This document shows positions 17,359 through 29,898 of a stretch of DNA of 64,000 nt, one piece after another. This DNA is from Alphaproteobacteria bacterium. GTDB lineage: Bacteria > Pseudomonadota > Alphaproteobacteria > Bin95. The DNA lies in contig OZ219787.1 of NCBI GenBank assembly GCA_964291285.2, positions 256,001 through 320,000 on the forward strand, given 5' to 3'. The notes under the pieces are model-generated. The model ran no database searches. It was not told the DNA's origin and saw nothing but the letters and a program-made list of their open reading frames with translations. Made by a program: the position numbers and the translations under genes. Position 1 is the stretch's first letter. The number at the start of each line of letters is the position of its first letter.

Positions 17359-17733
17359 ATGGACGTGAGGCCGATCAGAACCGAAACCGACTACGACGCA
17401 GCGCTGGAAGCGATTGACAGCCTTATGGGCGCCGGTCCCGGCGCGCCGGAGGCCGACAGGCTCGAAGTCCTTGTCACGCTGGTGGAAGCCTATGAAGACA
17501 GGCGCTGACCGGTTAACGCGCCCGACCCGGTTTCCATGATCGAACATGTCATGGAGGCGCGCGGCTACCGGCAAAAGGACCTCGCCGCGCTCATCGGCTC
17601 TCAACCGCGCGCATCGGAGGTGCTCAGACGCCGCCGGGCGCTGACCTTGCCGATGATCCGGCCGCTCTCTACCGGGTGGAACCTCCCGACAGAAACGTTG
17701 GGGCGCGAATACGAGCTTGCGAGCGGCCCTTAG
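17359..17733 (+). pseudogene. higA: HigA antitoxin with an internal stop
   Basis: MDVRPIRTETDYDAALEAIDSLMGA.PG..EADRLEVLVTLVEAYE, TGA at 17506-17508, then PDPVSMIEHVMEARGYRQKDL...RASEVL..RRALTLPMIR. Confidence 0.85.
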
Positions 17734-17796
17734 ACAGTCCGGCGCTGCCCGGCGGGCTTGCATCGGGCTGGCGGGGCGGCAAAGCTCGGCAGCGCC

Positions 17797-19302
17797 ATGA
17801 TTGCGCTGACCAGCTTCATCGCCTTCCATGCCCGGCGGACACCGGATCGCGAGGCGCTCGTTTACGAAGACCTCCGGCTCGGCTACGGCGCGCTCCTGGA
17901 CAACATGACCGCGATGGCCGGCAGGCTGGCGGCGCTCGGCCTCGGCCCCGGCGATGTCGTTGCCGCCTGCCTCAGGAACAGCCCCGCCTTCTACGACCTC
18001 GCCTTCGCCGCCAGCCATGTCGGCGCCGTCTTCCTGCCGCTCAACTACCGCCTCGCGGCCGACGAGATCGCCTGGATACTCGACCATGCGGGCGCCCGGC
18101 GGCTGTTCGCGGACGAGGACCTGGACGCCGCGGCCGCAGCGGCGGAGGCGGCGCGCGTTCCGTTCACCCCGCTCGCCCCGGAGACGACGCGCGACAGCCG
18201 GCGGCTGAGCGCCGGGGCGGAGGCTCCGCCCGCGGTCGAGGCGGCGCCCGACGACGTCTTCCGCCTGATGTACACCTCCGGCACCACCGACCGGCCGAAG
18301 GGCGTGCAGCACAGCTACGCGAACTTCTACTGGAAGTGCCTCGACCAGACGGCGGCGCTCGGCGGCGTCCCCGACGACCGGTTGCTGGTGGTCGGACCGC
18401 TCTACCATGTCGGCGGTTTCGACCTGCCGGGGATCGATGTCTGGCGCCGGGGCGGCTGCATCGTCCCGCACCGCGAGGCCCGCCCGCGCGCCATCCTGGA
18501 GGCAATCGAAGCCGAGCGCGTCACCGGCGCCTGGCTCGCGCCGACGGTCACCAACGGCGTGCTCGCCGACCCGGAGCTCGGCCGCTTCGACACCGGCGCG
18601 TTGCGATGGGTGATCGGCGGCGGCGAGCGCACGCCGGAGACCCGCATCCGGGCGTTCGCCGCCGCCTTTCCGCGCGCCCGCTATATCGACGCCTACGGCC
18701 TGACGGAGAGCGTGGGCGGCGACACGCTGATGGAGGCGGGGCGCGAGCTGGAAAAGATCGGCTCGGTCGGCCGCGCGATCGCCCATGTCGAGGTCTCGGT
18801 GCGCGACGAGGCGGGCCGCGCGCTCGCGCCGGGCGAAGAAGGCGAAATCTGCCTGAGGGGCCCGAAGATCACGCGCGGCTACTGGCGCGACCCGGAGCGC
18901 ACGGCCGAGGCGTTTTTCGGCGATCGGCTGAGAACCGGCGATGTCGGCTATCTGGACGAGGAGGGCTTCCTCTACCTCACCGACCGGCGCAAGGACATGA
19001 TCCTCTCCGGCGGCGAGAACATCGCCTCCTCGGAGATCGAGCGGGTGCTCTACGAGCATGACGCCGTGCATGAGGCGGCGGCCATCGGCCTGGCGGACGA
19101 GCGCTGGGGCGAGCGCCCGGTCGCGGTCGTCGCGCTGCGCCCCGGCGCGTCACTGACCCTTGAGGAGCTTCAGCGCCACTGCCGCGCCCGGCTCGCCGGC
19201 TTCAAGGTGCCGAAGGAACTCCACCTCCGCCCCGACCTGCCCCGCAACCCCTCCGGCAAGGTCCTGAAACGCCTCTTGCGCGAGGAGCTGGGTCGCGGTT
19301 AG
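17797..19302 (+). CDS. AMP-dependent acyl-CoA synthetase
   Basis: LMYTSGTTDRPKG, YGLTE, RTGDVG, DRRKDMILSGGENI, LPRNPSGKVLK. Confidence 0.93.
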   Translation: MIALTSFIAFHARRTPDREALVYEDLRLGYGALLDNMTAMAGRLAALGLGPGDVVAACLRNSPAFYDLAFAASHVGAVFLPLNYRLAADEIAWILDHAGARRLFADEDLDAAAAAAEAARVPFTPLAPETTRDSRRLSAGAEAPPAVEAAPDDVFRLMYTSGTTDRPKGVQHSYANFYWKCLDQTAALGGVPDDRLLVVGPLYHVGGFDLPGIDVWRRGGCIVPHREARPRAILEAIEAERVTGAWLAPTVTNGVLADPELGRFDTGALRWVIGGGERTPETRIRAFAAAFPRARYIDAYGLTESVGGDTLMEAGRELEKIGSVGRAIAHVEVSVRDEAGRALAPGEEGEICLRGPKITRGYWRDPERTAEAFFGDRLRTGDVGYLDEEGFLYLTDRRKDMILSGGENIASSEIERVLYEHDAVHEAAAIGLADERWGERPVAVVALRPGASLTLEELQRHCRARLAGFKVPKELHLRPDLPRNPSGKVLKRLLREELGRG

Positions 19303-19341
19303 GGTAGAAAGGAGAATCGGTATTCTACCCAGGCGGTTGCG

Positions 19342-19599
19342 ATGAGCCTCAACATCAAGAACGAGGAGACCTGCCGGCTCGCCGCCGAGCTGGCCCGCCT
19401 CACCGGCGAGACCAAGACCGGCGCGATCACCGCGGCGCTGCAGGAGCGGCTGGAGCGGGAAAGGCGGACGCGCGACATCGAGGACCGGCGCCGGGATCTG
19501 CGCGCCGCAGCGGAGCGCTGTGCGAAGCTGATGGGTCCCGGTCCTTCGGCAGTCGAGCATGGCGATTTCCTCTATGACGAGCGGGGACTGCCAAGGTGA
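19342..19599 (+). CDS. vapB: VapB-family antitoxin
   Basis: MSLNIKNEETCRLAAELARLTGETKTGAI...LYDERGLP. Confidence 0.9.
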   Translation: MSLNIKNEETCRLAAELARLTGETKTGAITAALQERLERERRTRDIEDRRRDLRAAAERCAKLMGPGPSAVEHGDFLYDERGLPR

Positions 19600-19982
19600 T
19601 CGTCGATAGTTCGGCCCTGATTGCGGTCGTGAACCGCGAGAGCGATGCCGAGCGCTATGAGGAGGCGATGCTCACTGCCCCTGACTGCCGCATGTCGGTC
19701 GCCAACATCCTTGAGACAGCCATGGTGGTGGAGGGCCGCGGCGGCGCGGCGGCCGGGCATGAACTCGATATTGTTCTGGCGTGCGCCGGGATCGAGCCCG
19801 TGCCGGTGACGGTGGAGCAGATGGAAGCCGCACGGCAGGCCTGGCGCCGCTTCGGCAGGGGCAACCATCCGGCGGCGCTGAATTTCGGCGATTGCCTCGC
19901 CTATGCGCTTGCGAGCGTTACGGGCGAGCCGCTGCTGTTCAAGGGCGGCGACTTCCCGCAGACCAACATCCGGGCCGCATAG
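19596..19982 (+). CDS. vapC: VapC PIN-domain toxin
   Basis: MIVDSSALIA...RFGRGNHPAALNFGDCLAYALA....PLLFKGGDF. Confidence 0.92.
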   Translation: MIVDSSALIAVVNRESDAERYEEAMLTAPDCRMSVANILETAMVVEGRGGAAAGHELDIVLACAGIEPVPVTVEQMEAARQAWRRFGRGNHPAALNFGDCLAYALASVTGEPLLFKGGDFPQTNIRAA

Positions 19983-19985
19983 GAC

Positions 19986-20696
19986 TTACCAGCTTTCGCC
20001 GAAGGGGCGGAGCTCGACGCGGAAGGACCAGGCGGAACGGTCCTGGTGGGCGACGCGGTACATCTCCTCGGCGATGGCCACGGGCCTGGCGAAGAACTCG
20101 TCCGGCGCATCCGGCGCGATGAAGGGCCGCGTGCGCGGCGTGTCGATGGCGGCGTCGATGATGAAATAGGCGACATGGATGCCCTGCGGCCCGAACTCGC
20201 GCGCGATGGACTCCGCCAGGATTCGCTGCGCCGCCTTGGTGGAGGCAAAGAAGCCCCAATGCGCCTTGCCGCGCGTGGCCGAGGTGTTGCCGGTGACGAG
20301 CAGCGCGCCGCCGCCGGCGTCCAGCATGCCCGGAATCGTCTCGCGGGCGAGGTGCAGCAGCGCTGTCGCATTCACGCGGAAATTGCGTTCGAGCTCCTCC
20401 GGGTCCTGCTCCAGGAAGGGCCCGCGCGTGCTCCTGAGCGCGTTGTGCACGACGACCGTCGGCGGGCCCAATTGCCCGCGCACGGCCGCGATGGTTGCCT
20501 TGAGCGCGTCGAGATCGCCGACATCGCAGGGGAAGGCGGTGGCGTTCTCGATATCGGCTTCGAGCGCGGCCAGCCGCTCCGTGTCGCGGGCGAGCATCGC
20601 GGTCAGATAGCCGCCGTCGGCGAAGCGACGGGCGATTTCGGCGCCGGTGCCCCCGTCGGGGCCGACGCCGGTGACGAGCGCAACCGGCCGGCTCAT
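19986..20696 (-). CDS. SDR oxidoreductase
   Basis: VALVTGVGPDGGTG, FASTKAAQRILAES.AREFGPQGIHVA, ELRPFGESW. Confidence 0.88.
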   Translation of the reverse strand: MSRPVALVTGVGPDGGTGAEIARRFADGGYLTAMLARDTERLAALEADIENATAFPCDVGDLDALKATIAAVRGQLGPPTVVVHNALRSTRGPFLEQDPEELERNFRVNATALLHLARETIPGMLDAGGGALLVTGNTSATRGKAHWGFFASTKAAQRILAESIAREFGPQGIHVAYFIIDAAIDTPRTRPFIAPDAPDEFFARPVAIAEEMYRVAHQDRSAWSFRVELRPFGESW

Positions 20697-21487
20697 GCGC
20701 TTTTCCTCTCTTCGGCCGGCGTTTCGAGCACATAGCTGCCGCCGAGGTCCGCGGCGAAGGCGGGCAGGCGGCGCAAGCGGTCGAAATGGGCATGCGCATG
20801 AGCGTGGTCGCCGGGGCGGTAGATGGGCTCCAGGCCGCAATCCGCCAGCCGGTCGGCCATGCGCTCCTCGCGGCGGAATTGCGCGAAGTCGCAGACGAAG
20901 GCGATGTCGGCGATGGAGAACGGCCCCGCCAGCCCCTCGCCGCCGAGCCTCGCGGCATTGTCGATTCCGTCCATGTAGAAGGCATAGGCCTCGCGCATGC
21001 GGTCCGAGAGTTCCCGCGACGCCTCGCGGGCCGCGAGCGCCAGCAGATAGGCCTGCGCCTCGCGTGCGAAGACCAGCCCGGCATCGAGGAAGCTGTCGAT
21101 CCGCGCGGCTTCGTAAGGCCCGTCGCCGTAAAGCCCGCCCGCCGCGCGCGCAACGGCGCGCAGGATGCTGTTCGATTCGAACACGCCGGTCGCGCCCTCC
21201 GGGTCGAAGGCCGCCGGCACGGTGCCGAAGGGGTGGGCGGCGAGGAAGGCATCGGTCTTGTAGAGCATGGCGGCGCTGAAGCCGCGCTTGCTCGCGCGCG
21301 CATGCGGGTTGTCCGGCGTCTTCTCTGCCTCCTCGAGCGGCCTCGCGTCGAAGTCCCAGAGCCAGCCCGGCAGCGCCTTCGGGCGGTCGCCCACGACTTC
21401 GACCTCGACGCCGAGCAGCCGCGCGGCGATCGTCGCCTTCCAGACGCGCGGATTGGGCAGGTAGGAGAAAATCCTGAGCACCGCCAT
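20693..21487 (-). CDS. glutathione S-transferase-like protein
   Basis: FLAAHPFGTVP, VFESNSILRAVAR, FSIADIAF. Confidence 0.82.
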   Translation of the reverse strand: MAVLRIFSYLPNPRVWKATIAARLLGVEVEVVGDRPKALPGWLWDFDARPLEEAEKTPDNPHARASKRGFSAAMLYKTDAFLAAHPFGTVPAAFDPEGATGVFESNSILRAVARAAGGLYGDGPYEAARIDSFLDAGLVFAREAQAYLLALAAREASRELSDRMREAYAFYMDGIDNAARLGGEGLAGPFSIADIAFVCDFAQFRREERMADRLADCGLEPIYRPGDHAHAHAHFDRLRRLPAFAADLGGSYVLETPAEERKSA

Positions 21488-21621
21488 GGCGGACGCCCCC
21501 TTCGCCTCGGGTTTCCGGAACCGCCCGCACTCTGCCACGAAAGCCGCCGGCCCCGCCAGCCGCTTGGCCGGTCCCGGCGCCGGCGCTACTCTCGCGGCAG
21601 GCAGGAAGGGAGGCTTCTTCC

Positions 21622-22524
21622 ATGCGCGCGACCCGGCGGACGGTCCTGGCCGGCGCAGGCGCGGCACTGGCGGCGCCGGCCCTCGGCGCAGCGGCCGGCG
21701 GCGCCCTCTCGAAGCCCGTTCCGGCGACCGGGGAGCTTGTGCCGGCCGTCGGGCTCGGAAGCTGGATCACCTTCAATGTCGGCAAGGACCCGCAGCTGCG
21801 CGCCGAATGCCGCGACGTGATGGCGGCCTTTTTCGAGGCGGGCGGCGGCATGATCGATTCCTCGCCCATGTACGGGTCCTCGCAAGAGGTCATCGGCGAT
21901 GCGTTCGCGAAGCTCGGGCGTCCGGCGGGCCTCTTCTCGGCCGACAAGGTCTGGACCCGCGCGGCGGATGCGCGCGCGCAGATCGGGGAGACGGCCCGGC
22001 GCTGGCGCGTGGAGCGCTTCGACCTGCTCCAGGTCCACAACCTGGTCGACTGGGAGCGGAACCTCGACATTCTGGAGGCGATGAAGGAGGCCGGCGCGCT
22101 CCGCTATACCGGCGTCACCACCTCGCACGGCCGCCGGCACGCCGAGCTGGAGGAGGTCATGCAGCGCCGCCCGCCCGACTTCGTCCAGCTCACCTACAAT
22201 ATCGTGGACCGGGAGGCGGAACGCCGCCTGCTGCCGCTGGCGCGGGAGCGGGGCATCGCGGTCATCTGCAACCGGCCCTTCCAGCGCGGCCGTCTGCCGG
22301 ACCGGCTCGAGGGCCGGCGCATGCCCGGCTGGGCCGGGGAGATCGGCGTCTCCACCTGGCCGCAATTCCTGCTCAAATTCATCCTCTCCCATCCCGCCGT
22401 CACCGCCGCCATTCCGGCGACCCGGCGGGTGGACCATGTGCGCGAGAACAAGTCCTCCGCCTTCGGCCCCATGCCGGATGCGGCCCTGCGCCGGCGCATG
22501 GCGGCGCATATGCGCGACCTCTAA
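21622..22524 (+). CDS. aldo/keto reductase with a Tat-like signal
   Basis: TRRTVLAG signal; VGLGSW, IDSSPMYG, DLLQVHN, AIPATRRVDHVREN. Confidence 0.88.
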   Translation: MRATRRTVLAGAGAALAAPALGAAAGGALSKPVPATGELVPAVGLGSWITFNVGKDPQLRAECRDVMAAFFEAGGGMIDSSPMYGSSQEVIGDAFAKLGRPAGLFSADKVWTRAADARAQIGETARRWRVERFDLLQVHNLVDWERNLDILEAMKEAGALRYTGVTTSHGRRHAELEEVMQRRPPDFVQLTYNIVDREAERRLLPLARERGIAVICNRPFQRGRLPDRLEGRRMPGWAGEIGVSTWPQFLLKFILSHPAVTAAIPATRRVDHVRENKSSAFGPMPDAALRRRMAAHMRDL

Positions 22525-22533
22525 CGCGCCGTC

Positions 22534-23187
22534 ATGGACGGGTTCCGGGCGCTGGCGGACCTGCTGCCGTTCGAGCCGCGCGTCTATTGGCGGCTCTTCC
22601 GGCTGGAAAACGAGGCGCTCTGGCCGGTCCAGCCGCTGCTGCTGGCGGCGGGCGCGGCGCTCCTCTACGGCCTGCTCAGGGGCCGGCGGCTCTCCGGGCG
22701 CTGGCTCGGCCCCGCGCTCGGCGCGGCCTGGCTCTGGACCGGCTGGCAGTTCGTGGCGCTCGGCTACGGGGCGATAAACTGGGCCGCGCCCCGGTTCGCC
22801 TGGGGCTTCTATGCGGAAGCCGCGCTTCTGGCGGCGCTCGGCCTCTCCGGCCGGCTCGCCTTCTCCCGGCGGGGACCGGGCGCCGGGGCGGGCATCGGCC
22901 TGCTGGCGGCGGCGCTGTTCGCCTGGCCGCTGCTGGCGCTGCTGGACGGGCGGTCCTGGCGCGAGGCGGAGGTCGCCGCCATCCACCCCGACCCGACGGC
23001 CATCGCCACGCTCGGCCTCGTCGCGCTCGCCCCGCGCAGCGTCTGGACGGCGCTCGTCTGCCTCCCGCCCGCGCTCTGGCTCGCCCTCTCGGCGCTTACC
23101 CTGCTGGCGATGGGCGCCTGGCAGGCCTGGGCGGTGCTCGCGGCGCTCGCCGCCGGCCTCGCCGCACAAAGCTCCCGGTTGCGGTAA
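22534..23187 (+). CDS. integral membrane protein (DUF6064-like)
   Basis: Several hydrophobic helices; YWRLF..EN..LWP and PDPTAIATLG motifs. Confidence 0.7.
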   Translation: MDGFRALADLLPFEPRVYWRLFRLENEALWPVQPLLLAAGAALLYGLLRGRRLSGRWLGPALGAAWLWTGWQFVALGYGAINWAAPRFAWGFYAEAALLAALGLSGRLAFSRRGPGAGAGIGLLAAALFAWPLLALLDGRSWREAEVAAIHPDPTAIATLGLVALAPRSVWTALVCLPPALWLALSALTLLAMGAWQAWAVLAALAAGLAAQSSRLR

Positions 23188-23194
23188 GGCCAAT

Positions 23195-23848
23195 CTATGA
23201 CGGGGCGGTGCGGTAGATGTGCCAATGCAGGATGGCAGCGGCGCTCCGGTGGGGCGACCAGATTTCCGTGAGGCGGGCCGCCTCGGCGGGCGTCGGCCGG
23301 GCGTCGAGGCCGAGTGTCTTCTGCAGCGCGGCTGAGAGCGCAAGGTCGCCGGCGGGCCAGATGTCGGGGCGGCCTGCCGCGAACAGTAGCCAGACTTCCG
23401 CCGTCCAGCGCCCGACGCCCCTGAGCGCCGAGAGTGCGGCGATGGCCTCCTCGTCCGGCATCCGCTGGATGCGCCGGAGCGAGACCCGCCGGGACGCAAG
23501 CTCGCCGGCGATGGAGAGCGCATAGCCCGCCTTGGGCCGCGAGAGCCCGACGGCGCGAAGCCCCTCCGGCCCGAGCGCCAGCACCGCCCGGGGCGTAACC
23601 CTGCCGCCCGCAGCCTCCTCCAGCCGCCCCCAGATCGCCCGCGCCGAGGCGGCCGAGACCTGCTGCGCCGCAATCGCCCTCAGCAGCGCCGCAAAGCCCG
23701 CCCCCCGAAGCGCCATCGGCGGCGCCCCGACCTCCACCAGCGCCGCCCGGATACGCACATCCCGCCCCGCCAGCACCGCCAGCCCGTCCCGCCACCGCCC
23801 TACGGCCCCCCGCCGTGGCGGGAGAAGAGGAGTGTCGTTTTCGGGCAT
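23195..23848 (-). CDS. alkA: DNA-3-methyladenine glycosylase II (AlkA family)
   Basis: LLRAIAAQQVSAASA, HhH LRGVGRWTAE, PAGDLAL, WSPHRS; start codon uncertain. Confidence 0.85.
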   Translation of the reverse strand: MPENDTPLLPPRRGAVGRWRDGLAVLAGRDVRIRAALVEVGAPPMALRGAGFAALLRAIAAQQVSAASARAIWGRLEEAAGGRVTPRAVLALGPEGLRAVGLSRPKAGYALSIAGELASRRVSLRRIQRMPDEEAIAALSALRGVGRWTAEVWLLFAAGRPDIWPAGDLALSAALQKTLGLDARPTPAEAARLTEIWSPHRSAAAILHWHIYRTAPS

Positions 23849-23917
23849 GCGCTGTTCCCGATGCTGCGCTTCGGACGGTTGCGGCATACACTACCGCACG
23901 GCATGGCGAATTGGGGG

Positions 23918-24778
23918 ATGCAGATGACCGGGGAGCTCGAAGGCAGGACTGCCGTCGTCACCGGGGCGGCCGGGGGGATCGGGCGCGAGTTCGTGCGCGG
24001 CCTGCTGGGCGCGGGCGCGAGGGTGGCGGCGCTCGATATCGACGGGGAGCGGCTTGGCGAGCTTGCGGCGGGGCACGGGGAGGCCGTCTCCGCCGGCCGG
24101 TTGGTCACCCTGCCTGCGGACATCGCGCGCTGCGCCGAATGCGAGGCGGCGGTCGGCCGGGTGCGGGAACGGCTGGGCGGGCCGGATATCCTCGTCAATA
24201 ACGGCGCGGTCGGCATGGGCGTCATCCGGGCGGACCACATGACGAACCTGGTTGAAATCCACGAGATAGACCCGGAGGTCTGGGACCGGTTCGTCGCGGT
24301 GAACTTCTCCGGGGCGTGGTACATGACCCGCGCCGCGGTCGGGGGGATGCTCGACCGGGGATGGGGGCGCATTATCAATGTCACCACCAGCTTCTTCACC
24401 ATGCTGCGCGGGCGGTTCCATCCCTACGGTCCCGTGAAAGCCGGCTTCGAGGCGATGTCCGCCGGCCATGCCGCGGAGTTCGGCGGCAGGGGGGTGACGG
24501 TGAATGTCGTCGTGCCCGGCGGCCCGACGGACACGTCCATGGTGCCCGAGGAGTCCGGCCTCGACCGTGCGGCGCTGGTCCGGCCCTCGGCCATGGTGCC
24601 GCCGGTGCTCTGGCTCTGCTCCGAAGAGGGCAGCGCCTGGAACGGGCACCGCTATGTCGCGGGAAACTGGGACGCGGCGCTCGACCCGGCCGCAGCGGCG
24701 GAGGGCTGCCGCGCGCCCATCGGCTGGCCGGACCTTGCCGGGAGCCCGGTATGGCCCGGAGGCAAGCCGCCGGTTTGA
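23918..24778 (+). CDS. SDR oxidoreductase
   Basis: VVTGAAGGIG, DILVNNGA, YGPVKA. Confidence 0.88.
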   Translation: MQMTGELEGRTAVVTGAAGGIGREFVRGLLGAGARVAALDIDGERLGELAAGHGEAVSAGRLVTLPADIARCAECEAAVGRVRERLGGPDILVNNGAVGMGVIRADHMTNLVEIHEIDPEVWDRFVAVNFSGAWYMTRAAVGGMLDRGWGRIINVTTSFFTMLRGRFHPYGPVKAGFEAMSAGHAAEFGGRGVTVNVVVPGGPTDTSMVPEESGLDRAALVRPSAMVPPVLWLCSEEGSAWNGHRYVAGNWDAALDPAAAAEGCRAPIGWPDLAGSPVWPGGKPPV

Positions 24779-24904
24779 CAATGGGCCCGGCGGCGCTATA
24801 ACCCGCGCCATTCCCGAGAACGCGGGCGGCTCCGCCCCGTCCCGGCTTCTGCGCCGGGACCTATCGGGACAACAACAAACGCGAAAGCGAGCGGCAAAAA
24901 GGCC

Positions 24905-25519
24905 ATGGCAAAACGCGAAAGCGCAAAACACAAGATAGACCGGCGCCTCGGCGTCAATCTCTGGGGGCGGCCCAAGAGCCCCTACAACCGCCGGGAATAC
25001 GGGCCGGGCCAGCACGGGCAGCGACGGCGCAAGCCCACCGATTTCGGCCTCCAGTTGCGCGCCAAGCAGCAGCTCAAGGGCCATTACGGCGACATTTCCG
25101 AGAAGCAGTTCCGCCGCCTCTACCATGAGGCCGTGCGCCGGCGGGGCGACACCGGCGAGAACCTGATCGAGCTGCTGGAGCGCCGGCTGGACGCCGTCGT
25201 TTACCGGATGAAGTTCGTGCCGACGATCTTCGCCGCGCGCCAGTTCGTGAACCACGGCCATGTCCGGGTGAACGGGCGGCGGCTCAACATCCCCTCCTAC
25301 CGGGTCCGCGACGGCGACGTGATCGAGGTGAAGCAGAAATCCCGCACCATGGCGCTGGTGCTGGAGGCCATCGAATCGCCGGAACGCGACGTGCCGGACT
25401 ATCTCTCGGTCGATTTCAACGAGCTGAAAGGCACCTTCCAGCGCGGCCCCGGCCTCGCCGACGTGCCCTTCGCCGTGAGCATGGAGCCGCATCTGGTGGT
25501 GGAGTTCTACTCCCGGTAA
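24905..25519 (+). CDS. rpsD: 30S ribosomal protein S4
   Basis: [44 protein letters not shown]. Confidence 0.98.
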   Translation: MAKRESAKHKIDRRLGVNLWGRPKSPYNRREYGPGQHGQRRRKPTDFGLQLRAKQQLKGHYGDISEKQFRRLYHEAVRRRGDTGENLIELLERRLDAVVYRMKFVPTIFAARQFVNHGHVRVNGRRLNIPSYRVRDGDVIEVKQKSRTMALVLEAIESPERDVPDYLSVDFNELKGTFQRGPGLADVPFAVSMEPHLVVEFYSR

Positions 25520-25521
25520 CG

Positions 25522-26463
25522 ATGGAGGCGCCGGAACCTTCGCGGCCGCCGCGCCCGGATCCGGATCGCCGCGCGATTCTCGCCCGCATGGACGGCGGCG
25601 AACGGCGCAGCCTCCTGCAACGCTCCGACCGCAAGGGCCTCGTCCGCCTTGCGGGCCATCTGGCGGCGCTCGGGCTCACCGGATCGCTCATCGCGCTGGA
25701 GGCGCCCGGCTGGCCGGTGCTGCTGCTGCCCCACGGCATCCTGCTGGCCTTCCTGTTCTGCCTTCTGCATGAGGCCGTGCACGGGACGCCGTTCCGCAGC
25801 GGCTGGCTGAACGGCGCGGCCGCCCGGGGCGTCGGGTTCGCGGTTTTCCTGCCGCCGGCGTGGTTCCGTAACTTCCACATGGCGCATCACCGCCACACGC
25901 ACGACCCGGCGCGCGATCCGGAACTGGCGCGGCCGCTGTCCCGGTCGAAAGCCGGCCTCGCCTGGCATATCGCAGGCGGCGCTTACTGGGCCCGGCAGGC
26001 GCGGATGCTGTTCGTCAATGCAGCGGGCCGGAACCGCGACGCCTTCGTTCCCCCGTCGGCGCGCAGTGCGGTGGCGCGCGAAGCCCGGCTGTTCCTGCTC
26101 CTCTACGCAGGCGCAGCGGCGCTCTCGGTCTGGCTCGGCACGACGGCCCTGCTGTGGCTATGGCTGCTGCCGCTCATGCTGGGACAGCCCTTCCTGCGCC
26201 TCTACCTGCTCACCGAGCATACCGGCTGCCCGCATGTGCCCGACATGCTGCGGAACACGCGCACGACCTTCACCAATCCGCTTGTGCGCTTCTTCGCGTG
26301 GAACATGCCCTACCATGTCGAGCACCATGTCCATCCGACGGTGCCGTTCCACAAGCTGCCGGCGTTCCACAAGATCCTGCGAGACGATCTGACCGTCACC
26401 GCGAACGGATACCCGGCCGCGGCGCGGGCCGCAGTCTCCGCCACTCTTGGCGGGAAGGCGTAA
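25522..26463 (+). CDS. membrane di-iron fatty-acid desaturase/hydroxylase (MocD-like)
   Basis: His boxes LHEAVH, HMAHHRHT, YHVEHHVHP; WNMPYH. Confidence 0.88.
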   Translation: MEAPEPSRPPRPDPDRRAILARMDGGERRSLLQRSDRKGLVRLAGHLAALGLTGSLIALEAPGWPVLLLPHGILLAFLFCLLHEAVHGTPFRSGWLNGAAARGVGFAVFLPPAWFRNFHMAHHRHTHDPARDPELARPLSRSKAGLAWHIAGGAYWARQARMLFVNAAGRNRDAFVPPSARSAVAREARLFLLLYAGAAALSVWLGTTALLWLWLLPLMLGQPFLRLYLLTEHTGCPHVPDMLRNTRTTFTNPLVRFFAWNMPYHVEHHVHPTVPFHKLPAFHKILRDDLTVTANGYPAAARAAVSATLGGKA

Positions 26464-26471
26464 CCCCGGCG

Positions 26472-26810
26472 TCAGGCCGTCATGCCGGGCGTTTCGACGC
26501 CGTGCTCGTTGAGGTAGCCCTGCAGCTCGCCCGCATCCCACATCTCGCGCACGATGTCGCAGCCGCCCACGAACTCGCCCTTCACATAGAGCTGCGGGAT
26601 GGTCGGCCAGCCGGTGAACTCCTTGATGCCCTGGCGGACGCCCATGTCCTCCAGCACGTTCACCGAATGGTATTTCACGCCCATATGGTTCAGCACGCCG
26701 GCGACCACCGAGGAGAAACCGCATTGCGGAAAGACGGGCGTGCCCTTCATGAACAGCACGACATCGTTGCCGTTGACGGTTTCCTGGATGCTTGTGATGG
26801 CGTCGCTCAT
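26472..26810 (-). CDS. grxD: monothiol glutaredoxin
   Basis: [32 protein letters not shown]. Confidence 0.96.
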   Translation of the reverse strand: MSDAITSIQETVNGNDVVLFMKGTPVFPQCGFSSVVAGVLNHMGVKYHSVNVLEDMGVRQGIKEFTGWPTIPQLYVKGEFVGGCDIVREMWDAGELQGYLNEHGVETPGMTA

Positions 26811-26827
26811 CGGCGTTCTCCCGGTTC

Positions 26828-27067
26828 TCAAGACGTTTCTGGCGCGGCGGTGCGCAGCGCCAGGGCATGCAGTTCGCCCCCCATCCGGCCCTGCAATGCC
26901 CTGTAAACGATCTGGTGCTGCTGCACGCGGGACTTGCCCCGGAAAGCCTCCGACACGACACGGGCGGCGTAATGGTCGCCGTCGCCCGCGAGGTCCTCGA
27001 TCGCCACTTCCGCGTCGGGCAGCGCCTCGCGGATCAGGCGTTCGATTTCTTCCGCCTGCATGGGCAT
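26828..27067 (-). CDS. bolA: BolA-family protein
   Basis: [35 protein letters not shown]. Confidence 0.95.
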   Translation of the reverse strand: MPMQAEEIERLIREALPDAEVAIEDLAGDGDHYAARVVSEAFRGKSRVQQHQIVYRALQGRMGGELHALALRTAAPETS

Positions 27068-27080
27068 TCGTCGCGTCCCC

Positions 27081-29244
<2,164 letters not shown>

Positions 29245-29248
<4 letters not shown>

Positions 29249-29898
29249 GCGGCGAGCGATTCGAACAGTGCGCGGCCGTCCATGCCGCCCAGCAGCGCGT
29301 CGGCGGCACGCTCGGGATGCGGCATCATGCCGAGCACATTGCGGCCTTCGCTCAGGATGCCGGCGATGTCGCCTGCGGAGCCGTTGGGGTTGTCGAGATA
29401 ACGGAAGGCGATGCGGTCCTCGCTCGCCAGCCGGTCGAGCGTGGGGGCGTCGGCGAAATAGTTGCCGTCATGATGCGCCACCGGCATTTGCAGCGCATCA
29501 CCCGGCCGATAGCCGGTCGTGAACGGGCTGTCGGCGGTCTCGACGCGGAGGCGCACCGGCCGGCAGACGAACCGCAGCCCCGCATTGCGCAAGAGCGCGC
29601 CCGGCAGCAGTCCGCATTCGGTCAGCACCTGGAAGCCGTTGCAGATGCCGAGCACCCGCACCCCCCGTTTCGCAGCCCGGACGACGGCCTGCATGACCGG
29701 CGAGCGCGAGGCCATGGCGCCCGGCCGGAGATAGTCGCCGTAGGAGAAGCCGCCCGGCAGCACAACAAGGTCCGCCGGCGGCAGGTCCGGGTCGCCGTGC
29801 CACACCATCGCCACGGGGCGCCCGGTCGCCGCTTCGAGCGCCACCTTCGCGTCCCGGTCGCAGTTCGACCCCGGAAAGACGACGACGACCGCCTTCAT
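29245..29898 (-). CDS. purQ: FGAM synthase glutaminase subunit
   Basis: [35 protein letters not shown]. Confidence 0.97.

Noticed and set aside
17506-17508. Selenocysteine or readthrough TGA in higA
   Set aside because: The partner toxin is also decayed, so a nonsense mutation is the simpler explanation.
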